Shown piece after piece: positions 51,433 through 64,000 of a DNA stretch of 64,000 nucleotides. A model generated the notes under the pieces. It did no database searches. It had not been told where the DNA came from and was given only the letters and a program-made list of their open reading frames with translations. The stretch's first letter is position 1. The number at the start of each line of letters is the position of its first letter. This DNA is from Eledone cirrhosa (lineage: Eukaryota), in NCBI GenBank assembly GCA_964016885.1, contig OZ024742.1, positions 214,396,001 through 214,460,000 of the forward strand, in the 5' to 3' direction. The position numbers and the translations under genes are program-made.

Positions 51433-52978
51433 CGTGTGTTTGCATGTATGTATAAATACACACAACTGCACCAATCATTGCGTAAACATTGGACGGAATC
51501 ACAGGAATAACCATGTATCAGCAATATATTAGTTTTAAGCTTGATATAGTAGAGTATAGAAGAGATATTTTCCTTTTCGGACACTAGTTCTACATCAGGA
51601 GACAGGATAAGAAACAAAGGGTGAAAAGAAAAAGTGTGAGAAGAAGAAGGATCGTGTATGTTTGTGTGTTTTTTTTTTTGTATTTATTCCTAAATATGTC
51701 GTGTGATGCATGCGTTTAGTAAAGATAACCACGTGTATGTGTTTCTACCTTCATATAGCGTACGAAATGACTCGGGAAAGAAGCGCTTAGAGATATCTTA
51801 AAACATAGAAATATTTAATATACATAAAATATTTTTAGAGAGACTAATATAAGTGAGGAATATATTACATTTAAACGCATTATGAAATAACAAATCGATA
51901 GTAACTAATTGATATGTCTGACTTTTAGGTCACGATTTTAGTTACAGTACAGAAATCAATCATTATCGGGGTATATTAGTCTACAAAGTACTGAATATTT
52001 TTGCAGATAACGGAAATGTGTTGGTTATTAGAGGAGATCTGAGATTTGTCCTCTTAAATTATGCTTTCATTTACTATTTTTTTCAATTTTCACTGCAATC
52101 ATTTTCCAATACAGCCGTTCAAATCTTTTCTGACTTTTACGAGAAGTGTTAGTTAAGGGGGGTGTTAATTTCTCTTTGTGATATCCATAGTTTTGTTAAT
52201 ATAGATATGAGAGTTTAACAGATAGATAATCTCAAGTAATAGTGTGTATGTTGTTGATTCTCGTCATTTTAATTCATGCGATAACGCTGTCAAAGTGAGT
52301 TTTAACACAACCTAATTTAATATCCACACTCTTTTTTTAAATACAAAATGCTTGGTCTAGTTCCTCTACTTGACACACGTGAAAGTGCATGTACAATTAA
52401 ATGCTGATTTCAACTCATCCTATAAGCCCTAAGAATCTGTTATTTTAATAAGTAACAATACATTCTTCTAAAAACTTCCGCAATTGACATACTGAAACAC
52501 CGTTCGATGGCAATATTTCAGTAGTAAAGATGTAGGTGTAATTGTACATTGACATATTATCAGCAGTAAAATAAGAAATTACTTTAACATGTATACTTTA
52601 CAAGGATGCATTATGTTACATTTCCATTCCGAACAACAAATCGGACAAAACAATATGCACGTTGAGAAGATTTTACATTTAAGTCTCTCAGTTTGTTAGT
52701 TCGAATTTGATCTTCATATTAAATTACATAATATCAATTATTATTATTATTATTTTTATTATTGAATGCTATGGTTGACGGAGGCTCGGCTCTGTAAGAT
52801 ATTGTAAATTTTGACCGCTATAACAATTGTAAATTGTTTAAAACTTTAACCAACTTGTAGACAAAAACACCCTTCTCCTCGTGAGAGGGGTCTTTCTGCC
52901 CGTTATTTGGCCATTCGGGGTTAAATAACCGCCTATTGAGGTTTTGTGCCCAATATTTATTTTAAATAAAAAAACAAC

Positions 52979-54844
52979 ATGGCTACGAAAAAGAATTTTC
53001 ATAGGTCACTCCCACTCATTCCGTCTTCTTCTTCCTCAATCGTCACTACAGCAGAGAGAGGATTGTCTCTCTCCCTCCCTTCTCTAAATGTGTCTCTCTC
53101 CCTCCCTTCTCTTTCGCAAGCGACGCCAGAAAAGAAAAATCACGTGCAAAGCGAGCAAGATTTCTCCACGACGACGACGACGACGAAAAAGGTGTGCGGG
53201 AAATACGAAAACCCATTTCATTCGTCTGACGTCAGGAATAATAGCAGTAGCAGCCGTAATAACAGCAGCAACAGTGACAAGGAAAACAACAGTAGCAGCA
53301 TAAACAACAACAGCATTAGCAGCAACAGCAACAACAACAGCAGCAGCAGCAACAACAACAACAGCAGCAAAGAAAAACCAATCTCGTTTGCAGGTATCGC
53401 AAAGAACCTGGAAACCATCCTCATAACAAATGAGGAATTAGAGGAAGCGAAGAAGATGGTGACAAAAACTGGACACCGAGCAATCTGCAAGGCAGCATTG
53501 TACGGTCACGTACCGTACAGTAAGTATAAAATCCCGTAGGGTTGAAAGAGCCACAGAGGCTCAAATACAAAAAGCCTTGGGGCCTGTGTGGCAGCGGAAA
53601 ACGCACATCACACGAGGCAAGAAATATGCCACCGTAGACGTACTTTTTGCCACACCCCAGGAGGCAAAGGCTCAATCCTTAGTGACCCTAAGGAGCGAGG
53701 AAATTGTGTTGGTGCCCTCCTACTGCGGGCAAAAAATTGTGAGGGTCAAACTTATCCACGTCTCCCCTCCCCCCGGATGGCCCCTTCTTGGCTGGCCGCG
53801 TTTGTCCTCGTCGGAATCGAGGACAAAACAACTGTACTGCAAGTACAGAAAAAAGTAAGAGAGGATTGGGTCGGCACCTCCATTGAGATGTTAATCCAAA
53901 CCAACCAGGAGTGCATCGAAGCTATCCCGGATGTGATAGACTTCGATAACGGCACTCAACTGCTCATAAGTGTTGAGAGCAAACGCCCGAAAAGCTTTCG
54001 TTGTGGATTGAAGACTCACCTCAGGGCCTTCTGCAACGAGAAGACCCTGAGAAAGGAGAAAACCCCCCTCCTTCCGAAACCAGCTCCACGGCTACCAGCA
54101 ACAGGACAAGCGGCAACCAGGAACGATAGGTCCGTGGCACCCATACCCACGCCACGGAAATCAAATACAGCAGCAGCAGTGGAAGTATTAACAACAACAA
54201 GAGCAATACCAAATGCAGCTGCAACAGAGACGCCAGTGCAAACATCACCAACAACAACAGGTGAAAGAGTGGAGCTGGTACCCCTCCCCGACCTTACAGA
54301 ATCAGACATGGAGTGTGAGGTGGGAGAGGGATGGCAAAAGGTCGCAAGAAGGCACAAACGCAGAAGCAGCGCATCGTCGCCTTTGAAAAGGGAGGAAAGA
54401 AATGAGAAAAGGGCAAAGTCTACTGCAAAGAGACCCACAGCAGCAACACCACCAACACCATCACCACCCACACTAGCACCACCATCACCACCGACGACTA
54501 CCCCACCGCCAACAACACCTTCAACACCACCACCACAAGCACCAACATCGCAAACAAAACAAAAAAACACACACACCCAGCAACAACGACAAGAAAATAG
54601 CAGAACCACACATCACCCCCAGAAAAACAAATGCACGGCAATAAATACACACAACAAGAAACTAATGACTTACATAATTGAACACACAGACATTTCACAA
54701 CACGACTACATAATACCAGCACCAATCAAAATGCCAACTAACATAAGACTGCTAAAAATAGCACAGAAACAATACACAAACATTAAAACGAAATTCCCCA
54801 TCGCAGTTGGTGATTTCAGAGACCTAGGAGGGACACTCAACTGA
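52979..54844 (+). pseudogene. Tx1-like ORF1 (gag-like, zinc knuckle), disrupted
   Basis: SFRCGLKTHLRAFC (CCHC knuckle with the first C mutated), GWQKV.RR motif; stop at 53537-53539 and frameshift near 53770. Confidence 0.8.
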
Positions 54845-55008
54845 AGAGTATATTCGGACATACTCATAGAAGAGCCGACGACCAGCCGAAGGGACGATTC
54901 AACGGTCCCTTCACCAGACGATCAAGTGAAAAGGGATGGAAAAACCATACCTCCTCTACGAAAAGTACGGTAAGTAGTCTTTCCCATCTTTTCCACTCTA
55001 TTTTAAAC

Positions 55009-58000
55009 ATGACCTCACTCAGAATAGGCAGCATAAATGCGCGTGGCTTGGGGTCGTCATGGAAGCAGGGTCACCTGCTCAACGACCTCAGGTCACTAAA
55101 CATAGATGTAGTGGCCATCAGAGGTTTGGATCTCGCCATACGGGCCATCTTCCTGGACCCAGAGGTTAAGTTGGTGGTGCTGGACGTGACCAGCGGAGAC
55201 GGGCAAGCTTTCAGGCTAGTGGCCGTCTATGCCCCGACAGGAGCAGGGCGGCCTGATTTCTTCCGGCGTCTGGAGACCTTTCTTGGAACGTCCCGCTCTT
55301 TAGTGTTAGTGGGCGACTGGAACGGGATCTTAGATGCACGCTGGGACTGTGTGGGATTATCAGATAGGGCTGGAGGGTGCAAGAGCCTCACCAACCTGCT
55401 CAGGCGTTTTGAACTGTCTGACAGGTACCGATTGGATTTCTCGAATGTGCCAATGTGGACTTGGACAAATCGCATAGGGTCATCCAGATCATATCTAGAT
55501 AGAGTATTTTGTAGGGAAATAGATAGGTCTAGCATAGGCTGTCCACAATTCAAAATAGTCAGCTACACGGACCACAAATTCGTGATCTGTGTGCTTGACT
55601 TAGATAGGCTTCATAGACGAGGACCCGGCTACTGGAAGCTAAACGCGTCCTTACCAGCGCGCAAGGCCTACAGAGACCGGATTAGCGAACTAATTAAGCG
55701 GGCGTTGACGCGGGCCATCGTCAGCAACAAGTGGTGGTTTGCTCTGAAAAGAGCGATTAGAATAGAATCGATTAGGTTTAGTAAGGCTTAGGCGATAGAG
55801 AAAAATAGAGCAGAGGGAGAACTAGTTAGAAAATTAGACGAGGCGCTTAGCAAAGGCATTGCGACCAACGTGCGTGCGACGAAATTGGCCCTTGACCAAT
55901 TCTTCAATGCAAAGCATGAAGGCTGCGTTTTCAGAGCTAGTGTGCGTGCTCTTAGACACGAGGGGACGAAAGCCGTTCAATGGGCCCGAGTGGCGGAGGC
56001 GCGTCGTGGCAACAAAGCCACGATCCGGTCTTTGGTGGACCACGACGGGCGCATGCTACTCGATCCCGGGCAAATGTGTGAAGCTTTTCAGCGACACTTC
56101 GCTCAACTGTTCGGGGGCCGCGGTGGGCCGGGTCGAGGAATGCACTTTAGTGTCTACCTCGAAGGACTGCCGCGGCTCTCGGCCACTGAGGCGGAGTGTT
56201 GCGAAAATCCGATAACAGCCGCTGAAGTAAGGGAGGCAATGACTGGCTGCACAAGGGGTAAATCGCCTGGTTTGGATGTTCTGCCCTATGAACTTTACGT
56301 ACAGATGCCAGACTTGTTCGGAGTCCTCTTGGCGGACGTCTAATGCAACTGGCAACAGAACGGGAGAATTCCCAGTTCTGTGAGCCGAGGAGCGGTGGCA
56401 CTGCTGAGAAAGGATCCGAACAAGGGGGATAACATAGATAATTTCAGGCCCATAACTCTGCTAAACACAGAGTTCAAGATTTTGGCCAAGGTGCTAGCAA
56501 AGAGGTTGGCGCTTGTCGTTGGTGGTCTGGTGGGAGAGGCGCAGACATGCGCAATTCCCGACAGATCCATCCACGACAACCTCCACCTAATGCGATACAT
56601 CGTAGAGAGTGTAGCTAGGGAACCTGGCACGGGTGGGTCCTTGATCAATTTAGATCAGTCGAAAGCTTTCTATAGGGTCGACCATTGTTACCTAGCGGCA
56701 GTCCTGAGGGCGGATGGCTTTGGGCCCGTCTTCAGACGCTGGATCGCTGCCATGCACAGCGACATCTGCTCTGTGCTGTCGGAACCGTTCAACATCATGC
56801 GCTCGGTCCGCCAAGGATGTCCCCTCCTGTCCCTCTTGTACGTATTGACTCTCGAACCATTACTGCACAAACTGGAGACGTTGAGCGGCGCCCCGCGCGA
56901 ACTAGGATGCGGAAGATCCGTGTCAGCATATGCGGATGATGTCACCGTAGTGGTGTCGAACGCCAAACACATCGAGGCGATCAGCACTATACTAAGAGAA
57001 TATGAAGCGGTGACAGGAGCAATGATCAACCAGGAAAAGTCAGAGGGCCTGCAGCTCAGCATCTGGAGTGGCAGGTCCATGCCGTCCAACAGCGTCGTTG
57101 GACGCTGGACGGACGGACCGGTTAAATTGCTAGGGGTCTAGTTCGGTCCGGCCCTCCAGACGGACAAAAACTGGGACGAGGTGACGAGCAGGGTGGCTTC
57201 TCTCACCCAGAAATGGGCGGAGAGGAAGCAATCCCTGAAAGGTCGAGCAGAGGTGGCTAACGCGTATATCGCGTCTGTCATCTGCTACCGCCTGACCGTC
57301 GTACCTTGTCCTAAGCCCCGCCTGACTGCTCTGGAGCGATTGCTCTTTCGCTTTTTGTGGAAGGGACGCGCTCCGATGTTCAGGCGGTCCATCTGCTGTC
57401 AACACCCGCTACGTGGAGGGCTGGGAATGCCGTGGCTGATGATGCGCACACACGCGCTCAGGCTACGACATCTCCACGGTGATCAGGTGTATTTCCCCAG
57501 CTCGTTTCCTTGACGGAGCTGCAGTCCTGGGTCAAGCGAAGACCGAGAGGGAGCGCCTGGAGACTGGAATGTCTTCAGGCGCTCACAGCCCTCGACCAAT
57601 CGGGCAATGTGATCGGTGGAAACTCCACCGCGGCGTTCTATAGTAGATTAGTGGAGCGGAAGAGCGACGACGTACTTGGGGAAACTCTAGGCGTCGACGA
57701 AAACCAACTAGCCAATCTCTTCGGAAGAACTTTCGGGCCAGTGCCTATGGACAACTTCCAGAAATCTCTGGCCTGGCAGTGCTACCGAGGAGCCTTACCA
57801 GTTCGGGATAAACTCTACAGGCATGGAGGTGCCGTCAGCAGGGCGACGAAACCGTCCTGCACGCACTCGTCCTGTGTCCGAAAATTGCTGACTTGTGGGT
57901 TTATGTCGAACACCTGCTGTCGCGTGTAGGACGGATCCGGCTATCATCTGAGTCCATCGTGAGGATTGCCCCGCCCTCCTCCTTTAGCCGGGAAGGGCAG

Positions 58001-58240
58001 GCAGTTTTTATCTGTCTGGTGGCCATGGCGAAAGAGATAGTATGGTGGACACGTTTGAAAGGGCTGAAGACGAGCACTTACCTCTTCGGTGATGCTCTGA
58101 TTGACTTTTTCAAATTTCATTTGAAAAGGAAAATCAGAGTAGAGAGGGAAGTGCTCTCTTCCCAGCATTTTGTTGAAAGATGGGTGAGAGAAGCAAGAAT
58201 GGCCCGAGTGAATGGGCCTACTCTGAGTATATATCTGTAA
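55009..58240 (+). pseudogene. Tx1-like ORF2 (APE endonuclease + RT), disrupted
   Basis: APE: SINARGL, VYAP, GDWN, SYLDRVF, TDHK, GPGYWKLN; RT: KSPGLD, FRPITLLN, RQGCPL, YADD; stops at 55789, 56341 and 57139 plus frameshifts. Confidence 0.92.
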
Positions 58241-58511
58241 ATTAAAGGTGAAAAACTGGGAGAGGGCACTTGCCTTGGTGGTCAGGATCACTGTGGATTT
58301 TTACTGGGCTTTCTCCACAAATGTCCCTCCGAAGTCTCCCCCCTATTGGGGAATTTTTCATTGTTATTTTTTTTGTTACATCCTCTGTTTTTGTTTTTTA
58401 CACGCAGAAATGCCCATTTGTACCGTCCTGTATTGTCCTGCACTGTCCTTAATGTCTACTTTATGTGAACCCTTGTGGTTAATAAAGAAAACATTATTAT
58501 TATTATTATTA

Positions 58512-59604
58512 TTCCTTGAATCTCAGTCATTGATGTTGGTTAACTGGAAAGTCCGTTGGATTGAATATCAAGCCACTACCTGCAGCCTCAGATATTCAGG
58601 ACGTATCGGAGGGTTCTTGCCGTTCCAAGCAAGCATGCCTTTTGAAGCGTTCCAAAAAGCGTGAAGGGGCCGATTTTCTTTAACCATCCCTGGAAACCTT
58701 TGGAGATAGTCCCCAGTGCGCCTATGACAATCGGGATCACTTTGACTTCATGGCAGTTCCAAATCCTTTTCACCTCCCACTTTAGGTCCTGGTATCGGTT
58801 AATTTTCTCCCTCTCCTTCTCTTGCACTCTCGTGTCGAACGGGCAGGCCACATCCACAATCAGGCACGATCTTTTTTCTTTGTCCACAACCACCAGGTCA
58901 GGTCTATTGTGTTCCAGTTTTTTGTCCGTCTGTATCCTAAAATCCCACAGCACCTTCACCTGACTGTTCTCCATCACCGCCTCTGGCCTATGCTCATACC
59001 ATTTCTCAGAATGTGGTAGATTGTTTACTTTGCACAGGTGCCAGTGGATCACCCTGCCCATCACATCGTGTCTCCAGCCCTTATAGTGGGTCTGGGCTAG
59101 GTGTTTACACTCGGACACAATGTGAGCCACAGTCTCCTCTCTCTCTCCACAGATCCTGCACAGTGGGCTAGCCTCCTCCTTGTAGATATGGTGCTTCAAC
59201 CACTTCGTTTTGAGGGCCTGCTCCTGCGCAGCCATTAGCATTCCTTCTGTAGCCTTTTTGAGGTCTCCTCTTCTCAACCAGTTCCATGTCTGTGGATCTC
59301 TAAATTCAGTTTTCTCAAAGAAGGTACTATGAAGGGATTTTCCCTTAAGGCTGCTCTTCCTCCTTGATGTTATTTCCTCCTTGGGTATCCCCTGGCCTAC
59401 TCTCCCCTCCTTCAGTACAGCTCTGAGCATTGGCTCCTTACTATAGGTCACGTATTTGTATAGGTTGTTTTTCTCCATCTGAACACAGTCCTCTATGCTG
59501 ATAAGACCTCTTCCACCCTCAGATCTCCTTAGGTAGAGTCTATCGACATCACTCCTCTTGTGGAACATGTTGTAGATAGTCAATAGCTTCCTAGTCTTCC
59601 TATC

Positions 59605-59607
<3 letters not shown>
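58512..59607 (-). mobile_element. R4/Dong-type LINE, 5'-truncated copy 1, flanked by (TAA)n
   Basis: CRICG...ETVAHIVSEC knuckle, RHD, and HNRPDLVVVD...LIVDVACP...EK...Y (restriction-like endonuclease); uninterrupted frame 59607-58588. Confidence 0.9.
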
Positions 59608-59641
<34 letters not shown>

Positions 59642-59654
59642 GTTGTTGTTATTA

Positions 59655-61871
59655 CTCTTTGAGTCTCAGTCATTGATGTTAGTTAACTGGAAAGTTTGTT
59701 GAAATGAATATCAAGCCACTACCTGCAGCCTCATATATTCAGGACGTATCGGAGGGTTCTTGCTGTTCCCAGCAAGCATGCCTTTTGAAGCGTTCCAAAA
59801 AGCGTGAAGGGGCCAATTTTCTTTAACCATCCCTGGAAACTTTTTGAGATAGTCCCTAGTGCGCCTATGACAATCGGGATCTCTCTGACTTTATGGCAGT
59901 TCCAAATCCTTTTTACCTCCCACTTTAAGTCCTGGTATCGGTTAATTTTCTCCCTCTCCCTCTCTTGTACTCTCGTCTCGAATGTGCAGGCCACATCCAC
60001 AATCAGGCACGATCTTTTTTCTTTGTCCACAACCACCAGGTCAGGTCTATTGTGTTCCAGTTTCTTGTCCGTCTGTTCCTAAAATCCCACAGTACCTTCA
60101 CCTGATCCTTTTCTATCACCGCCTCTCGGTTTATGCTCATACCACTTCTCAGAATGTGATAAATTGTTTACTTTGCATAGGTGCCAGTGGATCACCCAGC
60201 CCATCACATCATGTCTCCAGCCCTTATAGTGAGTCTGGGCTAGGTGTTTACACTCGGATACAATGTGAGCCACAGTCTCCTCTCTCTCTCCACAGATCCT
60301 GCACAGTAGGCTAGCCTCCTCCTTGTAAATATGGTGTTTCACCCACTTCGTTTTGAGAGCCTGCTCCTGCGCATCCATTAACATTCCTTCTGTACCCTTT
60401 TTAAAATCTCCTCTTTTCAACCAGTTCCATGTCTGTGGATCTCTAAATTCAGTTTTCACAAAGAAGGTACTATGAAGGAATTTTTCCTGAAGGTTGCTCT
60501 TTCTCCTTGATGTTATTTCCTCCTTGGACATCCCCTGGCCTATTGTCCCCTCCTTCAGTACAGTTCTGAGCATTGGCTCCTTACTATCAGTCACGTATTT
60601 GTGTAGGTTGTTTTTCTCCATCTGAACACATTCCTCTATGCTGATAAGACCTCTTCCACCCTCAGATCTCCTTAAGTAGAGTCTATCGACATCACTCCAC
60701 TTGTGGAACATGTTGTAGATAGTCAATAGCTTCCTAGTCTTCCTATCCATTTCTTTCTGTTCAGCAACATTCCATCTCAGAATTACCGCACTGTACCTAA
60801 TAATAGACACAGCTTGGGAATTTACTGCACGTATGGCATTCCTGCTGTTCAGATGTGACTTTAATACGCTCCTTACTCTCCGAATGTATTCAGTTCTTAT
60901 CAATTCCTTCATTTTGTTGTTCTTGATGTCATCAGCCTCCAGAACGCCCAAATACTTGTATCCTTCTTCAGAGTCAATTTCCTTTATCATCTTACCCGTT
61001 GGTACCTGGATTCCGTTACTTTTGCTCAACTTACCCTCTTCATCACAATGACTCCACACTTACTAATACCAAATTGCATACATATATCATTGGTTAAAGT
61101 ACGGACAGTGTCAACAAGCACATCCAACTCCTTCTCACTCTTCCCGAAGAGCTTAAGATCGTCCATGAAGAGGAGGTGTTTGATGGTAAGCCCTCCCTTT
61201 CCCAAACTGTATCCTGCTCTCACTTTTCGCAGTACACTGGTCAGGGTCATCAGGCCATGGACAAACAACAGAGGGGACAGACTATCTCCATGGAAGATAC
61301 CTCTCTTGATCTTCACGCTTCCCAAGGATTCTCCAGTTGATGTTAACTCTGTTTCCCAGGACTTCATACTTTTGACCAACAACTGTCTGATGTCATCTGC
61401 CACCTTGAAGATCTCCAGGTTTTTTGTTATCCAAGAATGAGGCACCATGTCAAATGCCATTTGGTAGTCTATCCATCCCATGGCAAGACCAGTGTGTCTC
61501 CTCTTGCAATTCCTCATTACCATCTTATCAATAAGTAACTGGTCCTTTGTACCACGTGACTTCTTTCGGCATCCTTTCTGTTCGTCAGGTAACAAGTTGT
61601 TTGTGTGGAGGTGATGGTAGATTTCCTCAGACACAATGCTTGTCAACAGTTTCCACGTTACGGACAGACATGTGATATGTCTATAGTTGGTAACATCATT
61701 ACCCTTGAGTCGGTCTTTCATTATCAGAGTTGTGGTACCTTTTGTCAACCACTCTGGTACCTCACCTGACATCAAGCAGTCATTGAACATGGTTGTCAGT
61801 TTCGGGTGGAGGGATGTTATATTTTTAATCCAATACCCTGCTCACCATCTGGGCCTCGTGATTTCCAGTTG

Positions 61872-61872
<1 letters not shown>
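59655..61872 (-). mobile_element. R4/Dong-type LINE, 5'-truncated copy 2 (RT + RLE, frameshifted), flanked by (TAA)n
   Basis: NYRHITCL, EQKGC, IDYQMAFDMVPH, RGIFHGDSLSPLLF, HLLFMDDLKL, YKYLG; same RLE C-terminus. Confidence 0.92.
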
Positions 61873-61903
<31 letters not shown>

Positions 61904-62055
61904 GCTTCTTCTTCTTCTTCTTCTTCTTCTTCTTCTTCTTCTTCTTCTTCTTCTTCTTCTTCTTCTTCTTCTTCTTCTTCTTCTTCTTCTTCTTCTTCTT
62001 CTTCTTCTTCTTCTTCTTCTTCTTCTTCTTCTTCTTCTTCTTCTTCTTCTTCTTC
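61873..62055. repeat. (TTA)n followed by ~50 units of (TTC)n
   Basis: Read directly. Confidence 0.95.
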
Positions 62056-62225
62056 CAGCGGGTCCTCTCAGAAGCAAACGTCTCCCATTTATCCGGCTGG
62101 ATACCCAAGCGAGACCTGGCGAGCTCATGGATGTTATCCAACCGTCTTGCTCCCAGCCTACACCTGGGTCTCTTGCCGGTTGGTTTTGACCGTAAAGTAT
62201 GTCCAACAATTCTTTCCTGAAACAG
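62056..62225 (-). mobile_element. RTE LINE 3' end with (GAA)n tail
   Basis: Encodes GKRPRCR.GARRLDNIHELARSRLGIQP...RTRW, running directly into (GAA)n. Confidence 0.7.
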
Positions 62226-62334
62226 TCTAACTATCTATGAGAATATTAGTTGATCTATTGTACATCATTTGGGGTAATCATAATTTATGTCGCGAGGATA
62301 CAATATGATAATACTCGAACGATGAGGATGAGAA

Positions 62335-62517
62335 ACCAATAGTTACATTTGGCACAAGGTCAGCAATTACGCAGTACATTACTGGTACTTTATTTTATTT
62401 ACCACGTAAGGATGAAAGGCAAAGTTAACCTCGGCGGGATTTGAACTCAGTCTGTAAAGGGACGTAACTATGCTGAAAGCATGGCATCCGACTCTCTACC
62501 GATACTGCCAATCCACC
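62335..62517 (-). mobile_element. tRNA-derived SINE
   Basis: Reverse complement of the SINE consensus. Confidence 0.9.
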
Positions 62518-63798
62518 TATAACATTAATAAGTACGTTTGATCACTTCGGACAGGTTTTGGTTTTATTAGATCTTGTCTAATTATAACTGGACTTCCACG
62601 TCACTTGCCGGATTAGTAATGGTACGATAATTATACCCATGTAAAATATTGTACCATGTGGTGCCAAGAATAATCATAAGAATTGAGGGAAATTTCTTAG
62701 TGTAAATTTGATAATGTTTCCAACATCAGATTAAATTAAAACAAGTCATTTTGCTAATGATTTCTCCTCACTACATAAGTATCACTAATCAATTTTCTTT
62801 TCTTTGCTGAAATATTATGCAATAAATAACTTGACTCTTATTCTGTCATTTGGGTGGCATCCATCTGTAATTTCTTCCAGTCATTAAGATAATCGTTATT
62901 ATCTAATACGCTACATTTATACCATAGTCATTGATTTACGTTAAACTAAGCAGTGGCACATTTCAAGGCGTTGGTTCTTTTCCCAATAATATAAATGTGA
63001 ATATAAATTAGTGAATAAACTTGACAAGATACTACGAAATATACACCCGTGTATATATTTGACTAGATGCCAAAGGAAATATCAATTCTAGGGGTAATTT
63101 TAATTCCTCAAGAGTGTTGGGCACTTCACAATATAGAATCATTAGAATACACAAGAATGATATTAATAGATGCAACGCCAATATTTCATTCTCTTCATAA
63201 GTCAGTGATGTGTGGCTCTTATGGTTTGGCAATATGGGGAACTTATAATTAATTGATACGGGTATGCAGAAAGCGTTAACTTTATTTTACTTTCAGAGAG
63301 ACAATGCATATGAATACAATAAAAACAACAAATTAATTTCTTGGTATTTATTATATGCATTGCTCTAATGACGTATGTCAACTGTGTGATAAAGACGTCT
63401 GGATTTTGAGTAGTGGAGTAATATTAAGCCAACACAGTAATATTAATCCAGCTCAATATCAGGTAGATCATTCACCACTATTTCCTATGTATTCCACATC
63501 ACACTAAATGTGATGTATTGAATGGAAATGCAAATAATATCATTCAAGTTTTCCATATTGAATACTTAGTATTGAAAAATACATATTTGATGAGAAAATC
63601 AGTTATATTTGCTCTGTCTAGTGAAACATTGTATGAATCATTGATCATATGGACACCGATCACGTGCAAATTATGTGTCGTCTTGCGTAGATTCTCCACT
63701 ACATCTTCTATGTTTTTTATTTTTGTTTCAGTTGTTCAAGATCCTAAATTGTTATCTATAGTTTCTTTATGTTTATCCAAATTCTGAAAGATTGAATG

Positions 63799-64000
63799 AT
63801 GGCAACCTTGATTATTCCATTTGATTCTCATGGCAACCATGATTATTCCATTTGATTCTCATGGCAACCATGATTATTCCATTTGATTCACATGGCTATC
63901 TTGATTATTCCCTTTGATTCACATGGGAACCTTGATTATTCCATTTGATGATTCACATGGCAACCTGGATTATTCCATTTGAGTCACATGGCAACCTTGA
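63799..64000 (+). repeat. 31-bp minisatellite, at least 6 units, runs off the window
   Basis: Unit atggcaacc(t/a)tgattattccatttgattc(t/a)c. Confidence 0.95.

Larger units (their letters stand above)
52763..58492 (+). mobile_element. Near full-length L1/Tx1-clade LINE inserted in an (ATT)n tract
   Basis: 5' UTR, ORF1, ORF2 and 3' UTR ending aataaagaaaac; (TTA)n on both flanks. Confidence 0.9.

Noticed and set aside
51555-51603. Minus-strand CTGATGT agaac tagt gtcc GAAA hammerhead-like string
   Set aside because: Extra core base, mismatched helix II and no convincing stem I; at best a heavily decayed fossil
52860-52935. HDV-like ribozyme in the Tx1 5' UTR (ttc TCCTCGT gag resembles P3/L3)
   Set aside because: Could not place P1, the GG of P1.1 or P2; a simple hairpin (acccttctc/gagaggggt) explains it
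63518-63787. 89-aa ORF and its antisense frame (IEDVVENLRKTTHNLHVIGV) as a host exon or LINE ORF1
   Set aside because: No recognisable domain, flanking in-frame stops, and no clear splice signals

Overview
AT-rich, microsatellite-saturated animal genomic DNA. It is probably cephalopod/octopus-like, inferred only from the SINE types and repeat load. No intact host protein-coding gene is recognisable, and most ORF-track entries are translated microsatellites. The window is a mosaic of mobile elements: about 13 copies of a tRNA-derived SINE, RTE LINE fragments, a decayed mariner plus a mariner MITE, a near full-length but disrupted L1/Tx1 LINE (52763-58492), two tandem R4/Dong-type LINE 3' fragments (58512-61872), a Penelope-like element (PLE) with RT+GIY-YIG and large inverted arms (46284-51243), and a Helitron-like composite (24648-28975) carrying a 2A-like peptide ORF and a captured PHD-finger ORF1 fragment. 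The most striking signal is invisible in the ORF track. At least eight apparently unrelated non-coding elements at (TA)n tracts each carry a type I hammerhead ribozyme fold in a PLE-style terminal repeat, usually as inverted or tandem copies. Several have non-canonical cores: a U3-A8 covariant, a multi-copy CAGAAGA core, a recurrent U.U mismatch at the base of helix II, and a G5A/A13G double variant. All folds were read by eye; catalytic activity is untested.
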